64,000 nt of DNA from Neoechinorhynchus agilis (Eukaryota; Animalia; Acanthocephala): contig CM121341.1 in assembly GCA_051530055.1 (NCBI GenBank), positions 19,012,784 to 19,076,783 of the forward strand, read 5' to 3'. A model generated the notes under the pieces. The model made no database searches, was not told the DNA's origin, and saw only the letters and a list, made by a program, of their open reading frames with translations. A program made the translations under genes and the position numbers. This document shows positions 1-11,637 of this stretch, in pieces; positions within the stretch are counted from its first letter, which is position 1, and each line of letters opens with the position of its first letter.

Positions 1-1744
1 ATGGAAGTAAGTTGTGCTCAATGGTTTTTAAATTTTTTCCGCAAAGTGCAAGTTGCTCAGGATTATTTAGAAATGCAGTAAAATAAACAAGTACTAAAAG
101 CTAATACGGTATTACTGGCTTAGGGAGGATAGATCATCTTTAAGGTAAATTGTCTTGTAAGTTAAACACCAGACACATTTAGACAATGGTAAGAAACATT
201 ATACCATAGTGATGATCTCTATGAGCGTGTAATTGTCGATGTGTTAGAGATGCAGAGGCATGATACGTTTGACAACAACAAGCCTGATTGCGAACCCAAA
301 TTGAGGTTCCGACCATCTTGACCATCCTACCTTTTCTTTATTGCGAAGAAGTCCCACATGGAGGACGAAATATTAATAATTAAATTTAAATCATTTTTTA
401 TTTCTAATGACCAAAACAACCAATGGATACATATTTACAAAGGTAAGAACAATCTTATCGACATAGAGAACCAGCGGTTAGTTAGAAAATATACCCCGTG
501 AAACTAAATACTTGATTCCGCGTTGTTTTGAATAAATAATATGAAACAAAGTATTGCACTTGCACGAAAAAACACTTGGTCTCCATTCACGCTGCTACAA
601 ATGAAAAGTAATTGGGCCTCAAGGCTCACAAACGACCAAAGCTGAAAACACGACGTTCGATTTCGAGTTTTAAATGTTATAGATTACTTTGACCATTTGG
701 GATAAAACGAATTGCATCGAACCTCCACATGAATGATAACTTATGAGCCGTTTAAAGAAAAAAACATATTAGCTTAACACAGAAACACTACTAATTTAAA
801 ATGCGCTTTTCCCAAAAATAGTTTTGAAATACACTAGTAAATGATATGATTCGTTCGTTATTTAGGATTTATATAGATAGAAAGATGATAAAATTAAGTA
901 ATAAAAGGAGGAAAATACTAAAAAATGTAACATGTTATTTCATTGTTTTCATGGCCATACGAATCAATGTCAATTAACATTTGAATGCAGTGAAATCTCT
1001 TTGGTGAGCAGTGCCAAACTTACGGCCAGGGGGCCACATCCAGACGGTGAAGCAGCCTCACGTGACCTGCACTTATGCAGTTCATTGGAACTACAAAAAG
1101 TGGTTATAATATTAAACTTTTAGAGAGCAAACGAGTGATGTTGCCACAGTTCCCTCGCCTTAATGTTTTCCAGAAGAGATACACCAATTTCGTCGATTCT
1201 CTTCCTATCTCGGCTCTAATTGACCCTCTTATGGTCCACTTTCAGTGCAATCTTTCGCTGAGTACATTTGATGCAGATGCATCGGTGTAAGTGCAAAATC
1301 TTGGTTTATCTTTTCTACTTTGCTTTGATTAACAAGGGTTTGGACAAGTTCCATTTCTAAATATTTGTCTTAAATTTTTGCATGTGTTTTTGCCTGCGCG
1401 ATTTACCTAAATTTCGAGAGCAGCCCCATGTAAGAAAAGGTTCGGCAGAGCTGGCTTAGGCGATTAAACAGAAATGGAAATCTTATAATCGTACAAAATG
1501 GCTGATTCTGCTTCACAATCGCACGCTTGAAAATTTGAAGAATAATTAATTTTTTAGATTGAATCAGAATGCAGCAATCAAAGACGTGTTGTTAACATAT
1601 AACTTTAACAAGAATACTATTTAAAGTAATATCCCAATTGAAATGATCGAAATGAATATTTTAGTAAATTGACAGGAACTTGAAAATCTCTACCAAACGT
1701 ATGATTCAGTCAACTTTGTAAGCGCCTTTCTTTTCCACCGGTTA

Positions 1745-2722
1745 TTAGTGATTAATAGTCATTCTGATGTTCCTAACAATTAGAAAACGGGGAATAACAG
1801 GAAAAATTACATCCCAGTAAATGTAATGAGCTAAACATCCACATGTAAATCGAAGTGATCCGATTGAATTGAGAGCGCTTTTGACGAAATCTGCCGATGC
1901 TAAAACGTACCATCTATTACTGAGCCGATTTAACGATGGATCGTCCAGGATCATTTTTGTCACGACAAGACCGGGACAAACACATTGAACATCCACGTTC
2001 GTACTACTTAATTCACTCTCAAGCGCTCTTGAAAACGAAATGATTGATGCCTTACTTGCGGAGTATGCAGATTTAAAGGGAAAGTGATTGATTCCAGCGA
2101 CACTACCAATGTTTAAGATCAGGGGATTCTTGTTGGAATGTAACATGTGAGGGAGAATCATACGAGTCATATGGAATACCGAGGAAACATTAACTTGAGT
2201 GATTTGATTGATTAATATCGGGGAAACGTCCTCAAAACTAAGAGATCGATCATAACAAACTCCAGCATTGTTCACTAGGATACCAATATCGAGATTGTCA
2301 TCGACAGGACCTATTTTGCGTATTAACTCGTTTTCGATTCGATCGTACTCTTTAGGACTCATCAACGAGAAATCGGCCTGAATTGTACAAACCTGAACTT
2401 CGGGACATTCGGACACTATTTGAGACCGCACATTATCTAGTTTTTCTTGGGATCTACTAACGAGAACAATATTGAACCCAATTTCGGCTAACTGCTTCGC
2501 GTATTCCAGTCCTATTCCATCAGTGGATCCGGTGACGACCGCCCATTCGCCCATGTATTTGGGAGAAAGTAAAGCTGAACGCGATTTCAGCTTGAAGACG
2601 TAGAAAGTGTAGACGATTTTGAGGATATAGACCGCGATTCTTATGAAGGTCGGAATCGCCAATCCAACGATCAATAGTTGCAATCCAGCAGAATCTAACG
2701 CTTCTATCCATGTGCACTTCAT
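1745..2722 (-). CDS. HSD17B12-like: Intronless SDR of the HSD17B12 / very-long-chain 3-ketoacyl-CoA reductase family (paralogue 1)
   Basis: 325-aa ORF with N-terminal TM segment, WAVVTGSTDGIGLEYA (TGxxxGxG), ILVNNAG, and catalytic YSASK. Confidence 0.9.
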   Translation of the reverse strand: MKCTWIEALDSAGLQLLIVGLAIPTFIRIAVYILKIVYTFYVFKLKSRSALLSPKYMGEWAVVTGSTDGIGLEYAKQLAEIGFNIVLVSRSQEKLDNVRSQIVSECPEVQVCTIQADFSLMSPKEYDRIENELIRKIGPVDDNLDIGILVNNAGVCYDRSLSFEDVSPILINQITQVNVSSVFHMTRMILPHMLHSNKNPLILNIGSVAGINHFPFKSAYSASKASIISFSRALESELSSTNVDVQCVCPGLVVTKMILDDPSLNRLSNRWYVLASADFVKSALNSIGSLRFTCGCLAHYIYWDVIFPVIPRFLIVRNIRMTINH

Positions 2723-3039
2723 TATCTATAAATGATTAAAGAGAATCATAAATAAGAATTGATTTAAATAAGCGAATAAACTGAGAAGTAAAGCACGAGA
2801 ACATTTTAGCTTTAGTAAGCATCATTCTGTATTTTTATGAAAGAAATGTCGAACAAAAGCGAAAATGCGCCGCCGAAAGTTGTTATTTCGCTGTCTTTTG
2901 AAGTTAGAATTTTTCATTTCGAATTCATAATAATTATCAATGGGTTTTTTAAAAACACGTTTTATTTAAAAGAAGATCAAGTCACCGCGCATAGTACCTT
3001 AAATATCCAGTGAATCTTGTACTAATGGTTTAATTCGTA

Positions 3040-3520
3040 GTTGTTGTCTCTTGTTATTTCCTCCGAATCAATTCGCATTGGGAGGATTGAGCGGTTGAGA
3101 AAAAAGACCGGAAGTAGAGATTTGTGCGACGAAATAAAGGATGGAAAATGTTGGGGCGACGCGAGCGCTGTAAGGGGGTAGTAAAAGGCGAAATGTGTGA
3201 TAAAAATTGAAGAGGCGGAAGAGCATCGAGGCGCTTTGAGTGCTTTTGAAAGATTGGAGAGCGGTGTTCTTCTAAGGGCACGAGTTCGGAGGAGCAGATT
3301 ATAGCGCACGTCGTGTGAAAAGTATTAACTTTTGTGAATAGTTTAGAAGAAAAATTTCAGAAGGTTGGACTTGTGTAGGTGAGTGCTAAGAAGATAGAGC
3401 TTAATGGACCCCTTGCGCGACAAGATTGATATGTGCTTGTCCCACTTTAGATTTTCTTGAAAATAAAGACCGCGTATACGAACAGAGGAGAGACGATTGA
3501 CAGGAAAAGGAAAAAGTGGC
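3040..3520 (-). mobile_element. 3' remnant of an L2/CR1-group LINE reverse transcriptase
   Basis: Minus-strand frames read VRIRGLYFQENLKWDKHISILSRKGSIKLYLL (like KFLGV..DSNLSW..HI....K) and FRRTNLYFRSFF (like the L2-type C-terminus); stops and frameshifts present. Confidence 0.55.
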
Positions 3521-3580
3521 TGATTGGAAGGGCTATTTGAAATCGAGGGGTCGATTTGGCCGCACTTGGTGTAGGAAAAC

Positions 3581-4639
3581 TTAAAGATTGTTCGGGTTTA
3601 TTAAAAAGCACTGATTATTTTTCACGTCAAAATAAATAGCATCCACGTCTTTGTTAAGCCTTAATCCTTTTTCCGCCTTTTGCTGAAGCTCCATTGTTTT
3701 TCGGTACATGTTAATAACATATCTTCTTGGAAACAAGGGAAACAAAATCTCGTTATACACTAAATGATTGAACCATCCCGAAGTTACACCTTGCGATCCG
3801 ATTGAATTAATGGCACTTTTTACAAACGCTTTTGGAGTTGCGACATTCCAAGGTAACGTTTTACCTTGAACTGATGGACTCTTGTACAACATTTTCGTTG
3901 TTACCAGCCTAGAATTAACGCATTGAACTAGGACGTTAGTCTTTTCGAGTTCGTCACTAAGACCTTTTGAGAACGAGATAATACAGGATTTACTGGCACA
4001 ATACGCGGTTAAATACGGCAAGTGAAATCGACCACCAGCACTTCCAGCTGGCGAAATATTAACCGATATGATTTCATTGATCTTTTCGAATGGTAAATTC
4101 TAGTAAGGAACTAGATGATCGTAGGACACACCGACATCATTGACCAGAATCTTTACATCCAAAAATTCCTTCTGAGGTCCGATCTTCTCCTTAAATTCTG
4201 TTTCTATGCGTTCATATTCTTTTTTATCTGCCTCGCGAAAATCAATCTTGATTGTTATGACTTGGATATGCGGAGATTCTTTTAAAAGTTCACATATCAC
4301 TTGGTCATGTCGAGCTTGATTTCGACTGATTAATGCGATATTCAGTCCAAATTGACTTAGCTGTCTTGCATACTCAAGTCCAATTCCATCTGTGGATCCA
4401 GTAATGACGGACGGCCCAGCGATTTTTGTTATCCGAGGTCAACAGGAGCGAAGTAGGCTTGAGATTGAAGGCATAAAACAAATAGAGAGTTTTGAAGAAA
4501 AGAATAACAGAATAAATTAAAGTCGTAAATGGTGAAACTAGAATCAGCAGTTTGAAAATATCCGCAAGCATCAAATGCGGCATCGCTGTACCGTTGAGCA
4601 AACGTGAAAATCGCGATGCCCAAAGTTTTAAAGCTTCAT
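3581..4639 (-). pseudogene. HSD17B12-like SDR pseudogene (paralogue 2)
   Basis: Segments VITGSTDGIGLEYARQL, ILVNDVGVSY and YCASK; early stop, frameshift near 4410, TAG at ~4100, and an in-frame deletion of ~25 codons between two VNIS-like motifs. Confidence 0.85.
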
Positions 4640-7562
4640 TTTAATTTGAGGAATACTTATGATTCATTTTCTACTTTCACCACCAATATGACTATTGCCT
4701 GATTCATCCAAAGCAACTGCGCAAAAATCTGGGCCGATTCCAGAAGGTGCAAGAATTTTAGCAGAACGAGCAATTAAATGGTTTAAATCGTGCTATGTGT
4801 TTAACGAATGAAAGTTTGTCCGAAATTCATTTTTTCAATATCCCAACATAAAATCCTCAAATTGTGAAGCGTTATCGAAATAGGGTTCGCAAATTCTATT
4901 CTTTTACACTAGCGGTCTCGGCTGAAATGGATAGTTGCTTCATCGTAACATTAAATACGATTGCTTTGTGTTCGCATAGCGTGAGATTTATTGGCTTAGA
5001 GGCATTGGATGACTAACATAAAAATTGGTTAAAGCTTTTGTAATAATTTTTTCGACACATATTACGACATTTTTTAAGGCATTTGTTTCCAGCCGAGTAG
5101 GCTCCTTATGTAGAAGTAAACTGAAAGATTATCTACAACCAAGAAGTCCTTAGAAATGGTATTTGGCGTTTATTGTTAATTTTTTATGCAACAAATGTTA
5201 TCTTCAGCAAAAGGAATAACATTTAACTCACAAAAAATGCTAAATGTGTATTTGGGTTGCCGCGGTTGGAGTTCGATTGAGATTTTGAAATAAATTTGAT
5301 TCGTACTATAGTTTGGAAAACAATCATAACAGTAACTATAGAAAAATATCGACGCCAGAACTCCCCTTTAAACTGTTTTATGATCTCAATTATCATTGCC
5401 AGAAGTTTAATTATGTGCCAAGTGTGCTGAAATTCATATCGCCTACGAGATCGAGCAAGGCATTTACTCGTGATAACAAGAACAGTTTATAAAACATTCA
5501 CGCCACAACTCTGGATCATTCAGCTGCCATCCTGGTTTAATGATTGAATAAACGAATGTAACGTTTCTTCGTTGTTCAGTCAGACATAAGTTTGGCATGA
5601 GGAATGCTCCTGCCTTCGGATCGTTAGTGATTCGTCTGGTTCTCTTGGACAATTGATTAATCATGTCCTGCGCCGCACACTCATTAGTGAGTATCCTCCC
5701 ATCAGCAGCATTTTATGTCCTTTGTTTATGAGTCTTCGGCGATAATGGATTTTATCATTTTGGCACATTTAAACAGGGATTCGGGATCAAGTCCATTAGA
5801 CCACATCGACACAACTACGGAATGTACAAACTCAGCCAGTTTTTTACATTGGGGCAAGTATTTATTATTTTATCATATCTGTGGCTAGCCGGCTACGTTT
5901 TAGGTGTATGTGAAGTGATCCAAACATTATCTATAACTTCGGCTGATTATATTTCGATTTAGCACTATATGGCGGAGTGCTTGCTAGCTCCTACGGATAA
6001 ACCCTTCTTTGAGGTTATTGGGGTAACAGTTCAAGTTAATCAATTGGCTAAATACTATTCAGCAATATCTTTGAGCTGTCGATTTGTATCAAGATAGGTT
6101 TTGGGAATTTTTACGCAATTTGATAAGCTATAAAAAATGCCGATTAAACAATAATTTTTATGGGAAACCGAGCAATGCTCTGGTTGTTAGCGAATTAACT
6201 TAATGCACTTAAAGCGTTTAACGAAAGACAATTGAAGTTTTTACACTAAGAATTCTATCGTACCCTTAAATTCTAATCCTAAAAACAATATTATTTCTTA
6301 GGCAAACAAAGATTATGCAACCTGTATACAACTTTTATTTGTTCTTTTATCGTAGAAACTATCGGTTTTAATGCTTTTTTGCGCTTAACGATTAAAAGTA
6401 CTAAAGACACTCGCTTTCGTCTTTTAATGAGATTTATGTTCTTCAAGATTAATTTTCTAAACCCATTAACAAACTTATTTCTTTTAAAAACAAATCGCAA
6501 TTTGACCGCGCTTGAATTTGATAATAAGGTTTTACTTCATATTCACATTGTTTTCCCCTTTGAAGGCATTTCATAGCGAGTATATTGCATTACGGTCTTG
6601 CAAAAATTTCTCTCAAAACTCCTGGAGGGTAGATGACTCATTGCACTTTAGGCGTTTCATCTATTCGACGCTGTGCCAGAACGTCCCAGGGGCGAAAATA
6701 CAACATATTTCCATGCCATCACACTGAGAACGTAAAGCGTCCATAAACCTTTGAGCGTATTAAAATATTTGACTTTTCGAAGTGAGAATATGAAGTTCCA
6801 CGGTCAAAGGGCGATTATTTGTATTCCATGTCGCTGTCATTATGGAAATTCTGCGTATGGATCGTATATCCCACCGAACATTCGGGATAAGTTCTGTTGT
6901 GTTGCCTTAAAAATAGCCTTTCCAACTCACTGTGCTAGAGAAATCATCACTAAATCTGAGTCCTACGGATTTTAGTATCATTGCAATCGCCTAAGCGAAC
7001 CGTCGCGAATATGAAAAATCAAGCTGAGTTAAAATCAAATTTTTAAAGATGTTGTCAATAGTTTTTTGATGAGGATGCGATGAATAAAAGTAATATAATT
7101 TTTTTAATATTTCGCCCTCTATGTAGGACTACTTTAGAATTGTTTAAACGTTTTATTCGCCCCTCATCAATACAAAATCAGAGTTTTTCTTTTGGTATTT
7201 ATCCAAACCCGGATGTAAATTCCTAGATTTATTGCCAATATTTTGTCAAATCTTGGGATTTACATCTGGGTCTGTATAACTACCAAAAGAAAGTATTTTT
7301 ACCGTGAAGATAATAATCCAAAAAATAAGATTTGTTAAAAAATTCAAGTCAGCAAACATCCATTTTTCTCTCCTCCAATACTGTGAGCGTCTGCTTAATT
7401 TAAACAGCTAGAGGTTTTATTACTTTTCGAAATTTGCGTAGCTGTGAATTTATCTAAATAACAATGTCGATATGTGAGGTACTGTGGAATGTGATTAGAA
7501 TTGTTGTTTTATTGTACGTTGCGAATCCTGTCTCCGGTGTTGTCGTTACTCATTTATTTATT

Positions 7563-7602
7563 TGAGAAATATTTCGCAAGGTTTTCCCTGCCTCTTCAGT
7601 CA
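7563..7602 (-). ncRNA. Hammerhead ribozyme, inverted copy of the 8019-8060 motif
   Basis: Reverse complement reads CTGAAGA-G-GCAGGG-AAAA-CCTTGC-GAAA-TATT-TCTC. Confidence 0.7.
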
Positions 7603-8018
7603 CTGTCTAAAATGGAGATAACATAAACATCATGCACAGCCTGTCACGTCTGGATGCAGCTCAGATCCGCAGGTTTGCTAATACCCGAAGTGTGGGTGGG
7701 GGGTTCGATCCGCACACACCTCTTGCGGTTTGTTGAAGAATAATTTGTGGTGGATTTTGAAAAAGCGGCATTCCTAACCAGCGAACCGGATCAGATAAGA
7801 AGACTGATTCTTTAGGCCATTCACATCCGGGGAAGTCCAACGATGGAAGGCAACAAATCAAACTTCACTCTGGTGCTACCAAAGTTGCGTAGCATGGCGA
7901 ACAAATTTGTCGGCAACAAACCGCAAGAGGTGTGTGCGGATCGAGCAAACCCGCGGATCTGAGCTACATCCAGACGTGACCGGCTGTGCATGCTGTTTAT
8001 GTAATCTCCATTTTAGAT

Positions 8019-8060
8019 AGAGACTGAAGAGGCAAGGAAAACCTTGCGAAATATTTCTCA
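8019..8060 (+). ncRNA. Minimal type-I hammerhead ribozyme (Penelope pLTR)
   Basis: AGAGA-CTGAAGA-G-GCAAGG-AAAA-CCTTGC-GAAA-TATT-TCTC: perfect 6-bp stem II, palindromic stem III (ATAT), 4-bp stem I. Confidence 0.8.
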
Positions 8061-8171
8061 AATAAATGAGTAACAACACCGGGGACAGGATTCGCCAACG
8101 TACAATCAAATTCACTCCGATGACAATGATATATGAAATTATTGTTTAGGTGTACACCCGGTAAATAAATA

Positions 8172-8218
8172 TTTATAAAAGACGTTTCGAACCTCGTCGG
8201 GTTCATCATCAGTTCTAA
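8172..8218 (-). ncRNA. Minimal type-I hammerhead ribozyme (Penelope pLTR)
   Basis: TTTAGAA-CTGATGA-T-GAACC-CGACGA-GGTTC-GAAAC-GTC-TTTTATAAA: intact core, 5-bp stem II, palindromic ACGT stem III, GUC cleavage triplet, pairable stem I. Confidence 0.85.
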
Positions 8219-8915
8219 AATACAAGTGGATGCGTAATTATTTCGCTCTCACACGCGCTTATGGTTGTTTGTGTTATTTCATTTTTTAGCTGTACAGACA
8301 GAGCTTGTATCCTCGTTGGTCACTCATGCCCGGTTTCTGTTCTTTGATTAAGAAGGCTCCTTAATGAAGCGTCGAAAGTTATTGCGTTCACTTGCCAAAA
8401 CCTTCGTTTGGTCATAATTGACCACGTGGCCAGTTTGCACCTCGTGTAGTGCAATATTCGATGCTACCACCTTCTGAGTCTTGGAACGTTTATGTTCTGC
8501 CAATCTCGTTTTCAGATTACGGCCTGATTGCCCGATGTAATTGCTGTTGCATTGGCTACAAGTAATTTTGTAGACAACAGCTCTCTTTTCCACCTCCTGA
8601 TATTTTCGGGAAGTGAGGTTTCCTATCAGCACAGAAGGTTGAAAATAAAATTGGCATTTTATCGGCAGATCGCTGTTCTTCACAATCCTTGAAATTTTGC
8701 TGCGCCAACGGTTGGTTTGTGGGCCTATGTCTGGCACTCCAATGCGCAGGTCCATTCGGTTCGGGCCCATGGGTGTTTCTTTTGATTAGGTGTTCCTCGC
8801 ACATTCCACTTGCTCTCGCGCTGAACTAAGAACATCTTTGAGGTACCCCAACTTGCTGAAAATTCGTCTCAACTGTTGGATTTTGTCACTGAGGCACTCC
8901 TCACTGCAGATGTTA

Positions 8916-8947
8916 CTGATGATGAACCCGACGAGGTTCGAAACGTC
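8916..8947 (+). ncRNA. Hammerhead core, inverted partial copy lacking the 5' stem I strand
   Basis: CTGATGATGAACCCGACGAGGTTCGAAACGTC is identical to the minus-strand motif near 8180-8211. Confidence 0.65.
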
Positions 8948-9423
8948 TTTAATAAATAATGTAAAGTATCGCCCTTAAACGGTGGTTCCATCAACTCGAT
9001 CAAATAGTGTATTTGCGTTAATATTGGAAACATTTAGATGACAGATAAGACCACTTCAGCTAATACCAAAGAGAAATGCATGGAAGCAATGCAGAAAGAT
9101 CAAGAAGAGATGTGAGTGCACAGATATGATATTTCTATTTTGTGTTGTTGAATAGGATTAATCGGCTAGAGATTTTCAATGAGATGCTCAAAAATGCAGT
9201 CATTTCGATTAGGCAATCGATTTCTGAATATAACCACGATCGTTTGGACGTAATGAACGCCTTTTCGACGATTCATTCAAATTTGACTGCATTGGGTGAA
9301 CTGTGCAGGTAGGTGTTTCTAATTGTGCCGCTTAAAACAAAAAACGAACAAACCTGTGTTTAGAGAAAAACGAGAAAAACGAAGAGGAATTAAGTAATGT
9401 AACCACTCGATAACTCACAACGA

Positions 9424-10449
9424 TCATTCCATTTTTTCTTCGAGTAACTTCTTTCTTTTCGCTGCTTTTTCTTGGTACTTCATCATCTTTCGAACGTTCC
9501 AAGCCATGAGGCTGCTAGGCACGAAGTCGTTGGGTAGCTCACAGTAAATAAAATGAGCAAAGCATCCAGACGTAAGGCTTAATGATCCAACTGTGTTAAG
9601 GGCACTTCTAACGAAGTCCTCGGGACTTGGAACGTACCATTTTGTTCGGACTTTTTTATTCAAAGACTCAGCCGAAAGCATCTTTGTGGCAACGAATCCA
9701 GGAAAAACGCACTGTACTTTCACATTTGATTTTTCAAGTTCATTACGCAGGGCCTTTGAGAATGAGACGATCGATGCTTTACAGGCCGAATATGCAGTTA
9801 AATAGGGTAGATCCATGATACCACTGCTACTGCTGATATTAATTATAATGCATTTCTTTCCTGAGCGAAGCATGTGAGGGAGAACAATACGAGTCATGTT
9901 GAAAGCGGAGGAAACATTAACTTCCACGAGTTGATCGATTTTTTCAGCCGGTAGCTGTTCGAAAGGCATCAAGCGTTCATATGACACGCCGACATTATTG
10001 ACCAAGATACCAATATCAAGATAGTGGTTTACTTGTCCTATCTTACTTTTAAGCTCGTTTTCGATTCGATCGTATTCCTCGAGATTCATTGTACCAAAAT
10101 CAACCCGAATTGTACAAACCTGAACTTCGGGACATTCGGACACTATTTGAGACCGCACATTATCTAGTTTTTCTTGGGATCTACTAACGAGAACAATATT
10201 GAACCCAATTTCGGCTAACTGCTTCGCGTATTCCAGTCCTATTCCATCAGTGGATCCGGTGACGACCGCCCATTCGCCCATGTATTTGGGAGAAAGTAAA
10301 GCTGAACGCGATTTCAGCTTGAAGACGTAGAAAGTGTAGACGATTTTGAGGATATAGACCGCGATTCTTATGAAGGTCGGAATCGCCAATCCAACGATCA
10401 ATAGTTGCAATCCAGCAGAAAGTAATGTCTCTGGCGATACTGGCTGCAT
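9424..10449 (-). CDS. HSD17B12-like: Intronless HSD17B12/KAR-like SDR (paralogue 3)
   Basis: 341-aa ORF with TGSTDGIG, ILVNNVG and YSACK. Confidence 0.92.
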   Translation of the reverse strand: MQPVSPETLLSAGLQLLIVGLAIPTFIRIAVYILKIVYTFYVFKLKSRSALLSPKYMGEWAVVTGSTDGIGLEYAKQLAEIGFNIVLVSRSQEKLDNVRSQIVSECPEVQVCTIRVDFGTMNLEEYDRIENELKSKIGQVNHYLDIGILVNNVGVSYERLMPFEQLPAEKIDQLVEVNVSSAFNMTRIVLPHMLRSGKKCIIINISSSSGIMDLPYLTAYSACKASIVSFSKALRNELEKSNVKVQCVFPGFVATKMLSAESLNKKVRTKWYVPSPEDFVRSALNTVGSLSLTSGCFAHFIYCELPNDFVPSSLMAWNVRKMMKYQEKAAKRKKLLEEKME

Positions 10450-11637
10450 GGCCTAAAGAAAGTTGCGGTTTTGATGGTATGCAAGGAATGAATGAAGAGT
10501 GCAAAAGTGCACTGAAATGCATTCATTGTAGTGGAATCAAAGACATTATTCACGTCTTCGAACATGCATACGCCCTGACGAATGCATTCATGACACTAGA
10601 GAAATGCAACGAGGAAATAACGCAAAATGTGACGGAGAAATGCTCCGTCTGACCTTTCCCGAGTCCACTGACAAATCCACAATCTGGACTTGTTGATCCG
10701 ACGGAAACTAAGACGCCATTAGCAACATATGATTGATTTTTCCTTGAAAAAGAATAAAGCTGTGTTCATCCTCTACAAAAGCGCGGTCCCAAAAAGTCAA
10801 CTTAAATGCGAATTTCACCAAAACTCTTTATTCATTTTCAGCCAGAAAACTTACAATGGTTAGGATACAAACGGTGGGTTGAACGAATCGCGAAGGAACG
10901 AGGCAAGCACACAACGAAAGAAGATTTCAGGATCTACTATGGATCCTAATCATCAATCTGTTTGAATCTTCCATTTAAGATCTTAAAACTTTTTTGAACA
11001 ATGGTTTGTAATATTGTGACCTTTTCAAAATAAAAACGAACCTCTTCACCTGTGAGGTTATTGCAGATTTTTTAATTGTAAAAATGTTATCTGTAGATTG
11101 TTTTGGTCAAATTTTCTTTATTTCGCCAAAATGAATAGATTTTTTAATGATAGTTGGAAAATGTTTGGATTATTTCGATGCATTCGGATACGAAATGTAA
11201 CAGGATTTCCAAAGAACGATCAACCGTGAACATTTTTAAAAAGCGGAAATTTTCTTAGGTATATGAAATTTGTCACATTCAAACTGAAGTGAGTTTTTTC
11301 GTGAATTAAGAATACAGCAGCCTTCAAAAATTGCTGATACAAAAACCCTTTTTTGCTTGGGTTTTTGTTGCTCACATTGTGTAATTTGCACTAACATTGA
11401 AAAAAGGGCCATAGCTTAATATTAGATACCCTTTAAAATCTTACAATAGACGCTTTTATTAGCCAAAAATGCAATTTTGAGTGCTTCTTCGATGCTATAC
11501 TCTTTAAAATAGAATTTTCCTTCTTCACTTCGTTTTTATTAGGTTCGTTTTTTAAAAATGTGCAGCCTACACAATATATTTGTTCACATCACACCGACGA
11601 TTTACGATATAAACTTCTTTTCATTCTTAAGATATGT

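Larger units (their letters stand above)
7487..8120 (+). mobile_element. 5'-truncated Penelope-like element (family A): GIY-YIG C-terminus plus pseudo-LTR, with an inverted pLTR copy at the 5' side
   Basis: 7740-7910 reads VVDFEKAAFLTSEPDQIRRLIL*AIHIRGSPTMEGNK; ~7490-7736 is an imperfect inverted copy of ~7914-8120; hammerhead motif in both arms. Confidence 0.8.
8150..8960 (-). mobile_element. 5'-truncated Penelope-like element (family B) with GIY-YIG endonuclease, 3' pLTR and short inverted pLTR copy at the truncation point
   Basis: ORF 8348-8770: VVYKITCSQCNSNYIGQSGRNLKTRLAEHKR..HEVQTGHVVNYDQTKVL; upstream LRRIFSKLGY; 8916-8950 is an inverted copy of ~8178-8212. Confidence 0.9.

Noticed and set aside
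960-1310. Gypsy RNase H remnant (minus strand YTDAS..GRKF)
   Set aside because: Only two short motifs in different frames; insufficient
6700-6900. Kinase-like words (IKIFDF..LYSMSLSLW)
   Set aside because: Interrupted by stops and lacking the other kinase motifs
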